Positions 27,238 to 32,000 of a stretch of 32,000 nucleotides of DNA are shown here, in pieces. Within the stretch, counting starts at the first letter, position 1, and the number at the start of each line of letters is the position of its first letter. The notes below the pieces were generated by a model that was not told the DNA's origin, did not search any database, and saw only the letters and a list, made by a program, of their open reading frames with translations. Made by a program: the position numbers and the translations under genes. This DNA comes from Candidatus Heimdallarchaeota archaeon B3_Heim (GTDB lineage Archaea; Asgardarchaeota; Heimdallarchaeia; Hodarchaeales; Hodarchaeaceae), in the NCBI GenBank assembly GCA_003144275.1, contig NJBF01000039.1:3321-35320 (forward strand), read 5' to 3'.

Positions 27238-29196
27238 CTAAGAGCTGACATTCAACATATCTTTAATTTTCTTCGCAGTGAAAGTCTTACCAGTAAGTAC
27301 ATTACCACTCATTATAATAAGACGATGATTATTTTTGTTGATCATTGATACCAAATTTTTCACCTTCAAATCGTAATTATCTGATCTAGTCGATAGCTCA
27401 ACAACGTGACTCTTACTCGGAACATAGAGAGAAGATTCATACGTCCTAATTAATTTTTCATAACGCACAAAAATTGAGAGATCTGCATCGCTCTTGGTTA
27501 GAGATTCTTCTTCTTGACCTCTGGCGTCGAAATTTAATTTCAGAGCTTCCTTAGATACATTAATATGGACAAAAATCGGATTGAAAACTCTAAATTGCTT
27601 GATTAAATTCTCTCGATGATTTGGATGTGAGGGGGAATTAAAATTAGTTCCATCAAAAAATACGACATTGGATTTATTTCTACGTAGATGACAGGAAATA
27701 AGCCATATTGCGAGTCGATAAGTATGGGTACTCTCCCAAGTGGAATAATTTGGTTTATTCATACGATATAATTTTCGAATATGATCTGTTGATATTATAT
27801 TGATCTTCGGAATTTTTAACGCAGTACATAAGTTTACAACCATTTTAATTCGATTGAGAATTTCATACAACTCTTTTTTTGAATTAAGTGATGGTTTAAC
27901 CTCGACTTGCTCACGTAATAGGGTTAAACAAATTCCAATAAACTCTCGTTGTATAGCTTTTGTCTTATCTATGTTTAAGTAAGCAACAACATCATTTCCA
28001 TTGATCTTCAAATCTTTCAAATAAATTGGGCTTTGTGAGGCACTTCTCAGTTTTATATCCTTTAACAATGCTTCAATGGGATCAGCCTCATTCCCTAACA
28101 ACTTCCATGCTTTGATAAAATTAAGGTAATCTTCAAGGAATCTAGGATCGATTCTGAAAAGGAATTTCCTTAGTGCATAGTTTTTTGAAATTTCAGGAGC
28201 TAGAGTAGAATAAGGTAAAGGGACCGAATAAATTGTTAAAATGTGTATTATATCATCAATTTGCTTGTTTGGGAATTTGAGTCCTTTAAGGATACCAATA
28301 ATCAACTTCTTGTCTAATTTAGGGACAGCATGTGATAACTTATAATCAGTAGCTGATAATTGATGAATAAGAACAGAAAATCTGAGATTTACTGAAGAAT
28401 TGTTGGTAAGATTGTCTATAATACGAAAAGTAATTTCTAATCGTGATAAACCTAAACCTGATATGAGAGTATGCATGAATTCAGTATTAAATTGAGGGAT
28501 TAACTTAGCTAGTACCCCTGTAGTATGTAAGAAGTGCACAGCTTGTTGCCAATATCGCCCCGACATCAATTTCTGTAATTCAGTTCCAATTCGTTCCTTT
28601 GCAACTTGATCAAATACATCTAAATGTCTAGGAACCGCTGCAAGAGATGAATTCTCAACAGAATACCCTAATTCTGAAACAAATCGAAAGATTCTAATTA
28701 ATCGCAGCCCATCTTCCCCTAACCGAGCATCAGGATCACCTACCAACCGTAAAAGTTGATTATTGATATCAGAACGTCCATTGTAAGGATCTGTAAATTC
28801 CTCAGTTATAGGATCATATGCAATTGCATTTATTGTTAGATCACGTCGAGCAAGATCTTCCCCAATATCAGTTACAAACTGAACTTCGGAAGGACGACGC
28901 CCATCTTTATACACACCTTCGACCCGAAAAGTTGTAATCTCTATTGAAAGATTTTTAAAGAGAAGAGTAACTGTTCCATGTTGTATACCCGTCGGAATTA
29001 CCCTAAAATGAGTAAATAAATCCATAACTTCAGATGGAGAGGCGTCAGTTGCTATGTCCCAATCATTTGGTCGTGTTTCACCCCGCAAAAGATCACGAAT
29101 TGACCCACCAACGACAAAAGCCTTGAATCCAGAAGAAGAAAATTTGTGACAGATCTCAAGAATTTCCGAAGGAAAAAGATTTGGGGTTAATTCCAT
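27238..29196 (-). CDS. cca: Class II CCA tRNA nucleotidyltransferase fused to a C-terminal, circularly permuted P-loop kinase-like domain
   Basis: VVGGSIRDLL...DWDIATDA (DxD), EITTFR, DLARRDLTINAIAY, EDGLRLIRIFRF, AKERIGTELQKL. C-terminal ~190 aa: ISTDHIRK, VFFDGTN, FVHINV, SDAD, ending RLIIMSGNVLTGKT. GAGGT upstream of the ATG. CCA-adding versus CC- or A-adding activity is inferred. Confidence 0.88.
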   Translation of the reverse strand: MELTPNLFPSEILEICHKFSSSGFKAFVVGGSIRDLLRGETRPNDWDIATDASPSEVMDLFTHFRVIPTGIQHGTVTLLFKNLSIEITTFRVEGVYKDGRRPSEVQFVTDIGEDLARRDLTINAIAYDPITEEFTDPYNGRSDINNQLLRLVGDPDARLGEDGLRLIRIFRFVSELGYSVENSSLAAVPRHLDVFDQVAKERIGTELQKLMSGRYWQQAVHFLHTTGVLAKLIPQFNTEFMHTLISGLGLSRLEITFRIIDNLTNNSSVNLRFSVLIHQLSATDYKLSHAVPKLDKKLIIGILKGLKFPNKQIDDIIHILTIYSVPLPYSTLAPEISKNYALRKFLFRIDPRFLEDYLNFIKAWKLLGNEADPIEALLKDIKLRSASQSPIYLKDLKINGNDVVAYLNIDKTKAIQREFIGICLTLLREQVEVKPSLNSKKELYEILNRIKMVVNLCTALKIPKINIISTDHIRKLYRMNKPNYSTWESTHTYRLAIWLISCHLRRNKSNVVFFDGTNFNSPSHPNHRENLIKQFRVFNPIFVHINVSKEALKLNFDARGQEEESLTKSDADLSIFVRYEKLIRTYESSLYVPSKSHVVELSTRSDNYDLKVKNLVSMINKNNHRLIIMSGNVLTGKTFTAKKIKDMLNVSS

Positions 29197-29290
29197 GTTT
29201 CTACCTCTGTCTACTTTCGAATTGAGGAAAAGAGCTATTAAAACCTTTAATATCTCCTATGGATAAGCAATACTTTCTGAGAGATGATAT

Positions 29291-31888
29291 TTGCAACACC
29301 TATCTCAAAAACTAAAAGAGTTTTATGTATCACTTCTTCAAGGTGGGAGATACTTAGGTTGGTCTGATACAGATAACTTTGAGGTAGCTCTAAATTCACT
29401 CATTAAATTTCTCTCGGTATTTTATTACCAACCTTGGGATAAAATCACAGAAGAATCATTCTCTTCACTTGAAAAAGTAGAAAAATGTAAAATATTTTTC
29501 AAAATATGGATTCACTTATCTAATGGGTCTCCAGATAGAAATTATATTTCGGTTGTTGAAAAAACTAGTTATCATTTATCTCACCTTACCCCGCATGAGG
29601 AAAAATTACTACAGAGTATTCCAGAAGCAGATTGGGACCAAATGATCATATTTATGGGAAGATATCAATTTGTTTTGGTCGAAACATTCCAACAATCTGG
29701 GGGGAAAGACGAAGGAATAACCCCAGAATTTCTCTCTATATTTGCAGAAATGGTCACAAATGAATTTGAAAAAGATTTTTCTGTTTCACCCAAAGTTTCG
29801 AGTCGCAAGATAAAGGGAGTATACTACTCGCCGTGGAAAATCATCCGAGAGTTAACAAATAATCTTATAGCAAGAGATAAAGTTCAGGTGACGGTGTTAG
29901 ATCCAAGTTCTGGAACTGGTTCATTTCTTCTTTACGCAGCAGAAAGAATTTTCCAAAATCAATTGAAATCTTCATGTAAACACGCTGAAAACCCATCAAT
30001 GATTGTCAAGAATTTCATTTTTGGGGTAGATAAGGCAGGTCCAGGTATATTAGTAACCAAGCTTCGGTTGCTATTCTGGATGTTAAGTAAAAATCCTGAA
30101 TCAGAAATAGAGATCAATCCAGGGTTATTTTCGAATATTCGGAAAGGAAACTCGCTTTTTGGATTTATTAATGAGAAATTCAGTCCGTCTATTGAGATCT
30201 TGAGTTATTTTTCTCAAAAGATAGAGGAAAGTGAAGTAGAGTCATCAAAACGTGTTAAATTGACTAAAAATATGGATACAAATTGGGTACACTCTTGTAA
30301 CCAACTCAAATCAATTTTAATGAGTAAGAACTGTATAAATGGAGGAAATATTGACTCTCTAACGGAGCAATTAAATCGAGAGATTTCAAAACTGTTAGAT
30401 ATATCATACATACAATTTTTGTCTTTTTTAACGAATAAAACAGCTAAAGTAAAATCTTTTTACAATATTGACACAGAACAGCATAATTTTTTTCATTGGG
30501 GGTTGATTTTTCCCAATATTATTCTACAAGGAGGATTCGACGTATGTTTAGGAAACCCTCCTTATGGCCGTTCTATTCTGTCAGTAAAAGAGAAAAACAT
30601 CCTAAAAAAATCTTACAATTCATGCAAAGGATCTAATGCAAAAAAAGTAAGCTTGAATGCTGCAGGAGCTTTTATTGAACGTTCAATCAAACTCTTAAAG
30701 CCAGAAGGCCGTTTAGCATTCATTCTTCCATTTTCTGTTCTTAGGGTGGAAGAATTTGAAGGAATTCGGAATTACATTCTAGAAAGGACTGTGATTAACG
30801 AAATTCATGACGAATCTGCAGCTTTCCAAGATGTTACTTTAGAAATGTGTTCATTGATCTTAACTAAACATCAAAAAAGTGACTACTCGATATTTATTAA
30901 ACCCAGAAAAGGTTTGGAACCAGGATTACAAATAAGAAACTCTATTTTCATGAATTACAAGCGATTTATGATTTACTATGACACAAATTGGCAGAAGATT
31001 GTTAATGGTGGAAAATTCTCCCAAGTAATGGGAGATTATGGAGTAGATCACAGGATTGTCAAGAAAGACTTGAAACGAAATTACACCCCTTCCATAGGCT
31101 ATGTCGTTCCATTTCTTCATTCAGGAAAGTGCGTCACTCGCTATGCACTGAACCCAAATTATTTTCTTTGGTCAAAATCGACTCATAAGAATCCTAGATT
31201 TATCAACTATCTTGAGAAACCTAAACTTGTATGTACTGCAATTGGTAACGAGTTTCGGGTAGCGTACAAACCTAGGGGGATCGTACCAGGAACAAATGTC
31301 TCAATAATGGAAATTTCAAACCCCCATCATGATTTCTTTCCTCTAATGATTATACTCAATTCTTCTCTAATTAATTATTTATTAAAACGATATATATTGA
31401 ACTATTCTCATCTAACGGTCTATCTACACAAATATTATACACAATTAATACCAATAAAGTATCCATGGTCTTATGAAAAGGAATGGAGAATAATTGGGAC
31501 ATATATATCCTTATTAAATCAGATACAACAATTGAACATTGGACTCTCTTACCAAAAAGAGTTGAAATTTTTGGAAGAAATTACAGAGCACCTTGTTTAC
31601 CATTTATATCTTCCAGAAATATATATAGGTTCAAAGTTAACGTTAACATCTATACTTCAGGATTCCCTTCTTGAAATCCAATTTGAGGACTGTATTGAGG
31701 CACTCTTATCCCCAGCTAGCAATATTGAGGAGATTATAAGTGAAAAAAATTCTGATGTAATGAAAGCTGAAGCAAGAATACTAACTGTCATTAGTACATT
31801 GAAAACTGATTCAATTCTCAATATCCTATCTCAATCCAAGCAATTAAGAGAAAAATCGGGAATAACGAAAAAAAGAGATTTCGTCTAA
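29291..31888 (+). CDS. Large N6-adenine DNA methyltransferase-like protein C (Eco57I/type IIG-like MTase-TRD, no recognisable nuclease domain)
   Basis: RKIKGVYYSP, motif I VLDPSSGTGSFL, FGVDK, NIRKGNSL, FHWGLIFP...GGFDVCLGNPPY (30554-30565), FIERSIKLLKPEGRLAFILP, C-terminal PKLVC...ILNSSL. TTG start. Confidence 0.88.
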   Translation: MQHLSQKLKEFYVSLLQGGRYLGWSDTDNFEVALNSLIKFLSVFYYQPWDKITEESFSSLEKVEKCKIFFKIWIHLSNGSPDRNYISVVEKTSYHLSHLTPHEEKLLQSIPEADWDQMIIFMGRYQFVLVETFQQSGGKDEGITPEFLSIFAEMVTNEFEKDFSVSPKVSSRKIKGVYYSPWKIIRELTNNLIARDKVQVTVLDPSSGTGSFLLYAAERIFQNQLKSSCKHAENPSMIVKNFIFGVDKAGPGILVTKLRLLFWMLSKNPESEIEINPGLFSNIRKGNSLFGFINEKFSPSIEILSYFSQKIEESEVESSKRVKLTKNMDTNWVHSCNQLKSILMSKNCINGGNIDSLTEQLNREISKLLDISYIQFLSFLTNKTAKVKSFYNIDTEQHNFFHWGLIFPNIILQGGFDVCLGNPPYGRSILSVKEKNILKKSYNSCKGSNAKKVSLNAAGAFIERSIKLLKPEGRLAFILPFSVLRVEEFEGIRNYILERTVINEIHDESAAFQDVTLEMCSLILTKHQKSDYSIFIKPRKGLEPGLQIRNSIFMNYKRFMIYYDTNWQKIVNGGKFSQVMGDYGVDHRIVKKDLKRNYTPSIGYVVPFLHSGKCVTRYALNPNYFLWSKSTHKNPRFINYLEKPKLVCTAIGNEFRVAYKPRGIVPGTNVSIMEISNPHHDFFPLMIILNSSLINYLLKRYILNYSHLTVYLHKYYTQLIPIKYPWSYEKEWRIIGTYISLLNQIQQLNIGLSYQKELKFLEEITEHLVYHLYLPEIYIGSKLTLTSILQDSLLEIQFEDCIEALLSPASNIEEIISEKNSDVMKAEARILTVISTLKTDSILNILSQSKQLREKSGITKKRDFV

Positions 31889-32000
31889 ATTGTTGAACAC
31901 CACCATTAACCTTTAAAAAGAAAACTAAGAAATCTTAACCTTAGAAATCATCAATGGCCATAGCTGAAATAACAAACGATAAGGAATATGCCATGATTGA

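Noticed and set aside
27223-27240. cca and MTase B are in the same frame, suggesting amber readthrough into a giant fusion
   Set aside because: The TAG is followed immediately by TGA (double stop), so readthrough is not credible.
1812-31674. Remaining short overlapping ORFs in the track (e.g. 1812-2072, 3072-3329, 5425-5925, 9200-9535, 10060-10329, 14424-14726, 20933-21281, 22226-22774, 24339-24548, 30214-31674)
   Set aside because: All lie antisense to or out of frame within longer motif-bearing genes and show no independent signatures.
23849-31888. Assignment to BREX (PglX), DISARM or a type I R-M system
   Set aside because: No PglZ, BrxC ATPase, helicase, HsdR or HsdS-like gene is visible in the window.
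31889-32000. Possible gene fragment at the right edge (ATG at 31954 on +, or a hydrophobic C-terminus on the minus strand)
   Set aside because: Fewer than 25 codons visible; strand and identity cannot be determined.
1-32000. tRNA, rRNA, transposase or integrase
   Set aside because: Intergenic gaps were read and none showed a cloverleaf, rRNA-like sequence or terminal inverted repeats; small ncRNAs cannot be excluded without covariance-model searches.

Overview
AT-rich, densely coding archaeal window, most likely from an Asgard archaeon (Heimdallarchaeia/Hodarchaeales-like; inferred from a clear profilin, a probable tandem-longin protein, CTERM-like surface proteins, an F420:NADP reductase and TATA-type promoters). 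No rRNA, tRNA, CRISPR array or transposase was recognised. About 23 CDS: a SAM methyltransferase with an MTA/SAH-deaminase-like amidohydrolase; an 8-repeat FG-GAP/PQQ-like surface propeller with an exact 138-bp period; two in-frame coiled-coil genes; PadR plus a HAAS-type membrane protein divergent from a 4-gene ABC-2 exporter; an aminotransferase; a REC-5xPAS protein with no output domain; a Gfo/Idh/MocA oxidoreductase; a 4x zinc-ribbon membrane protein; a profilin-phosphomannomutase-F420 reductase run; and, at the right end, three gamma-class N6-adenine DNA methyltransferase-like genes (NPPF, NPPH, NPPY) with no visible nuclease, flanking a bacterial/eukaryotic-type (class II) CCA-adding enzyme. 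The most unusual signal is the C-terminus of that CCA enzyme, which looks like a circularly permuted AAA_33/PNK-like P-loop kinase with its Walker A strand moved to the extreme C-terminus. A roughly 30-codon histidine-kinase relic lies in the PadR/ABC intergenic region. All family assignments come from motif recognition by eye; no database searches were run.
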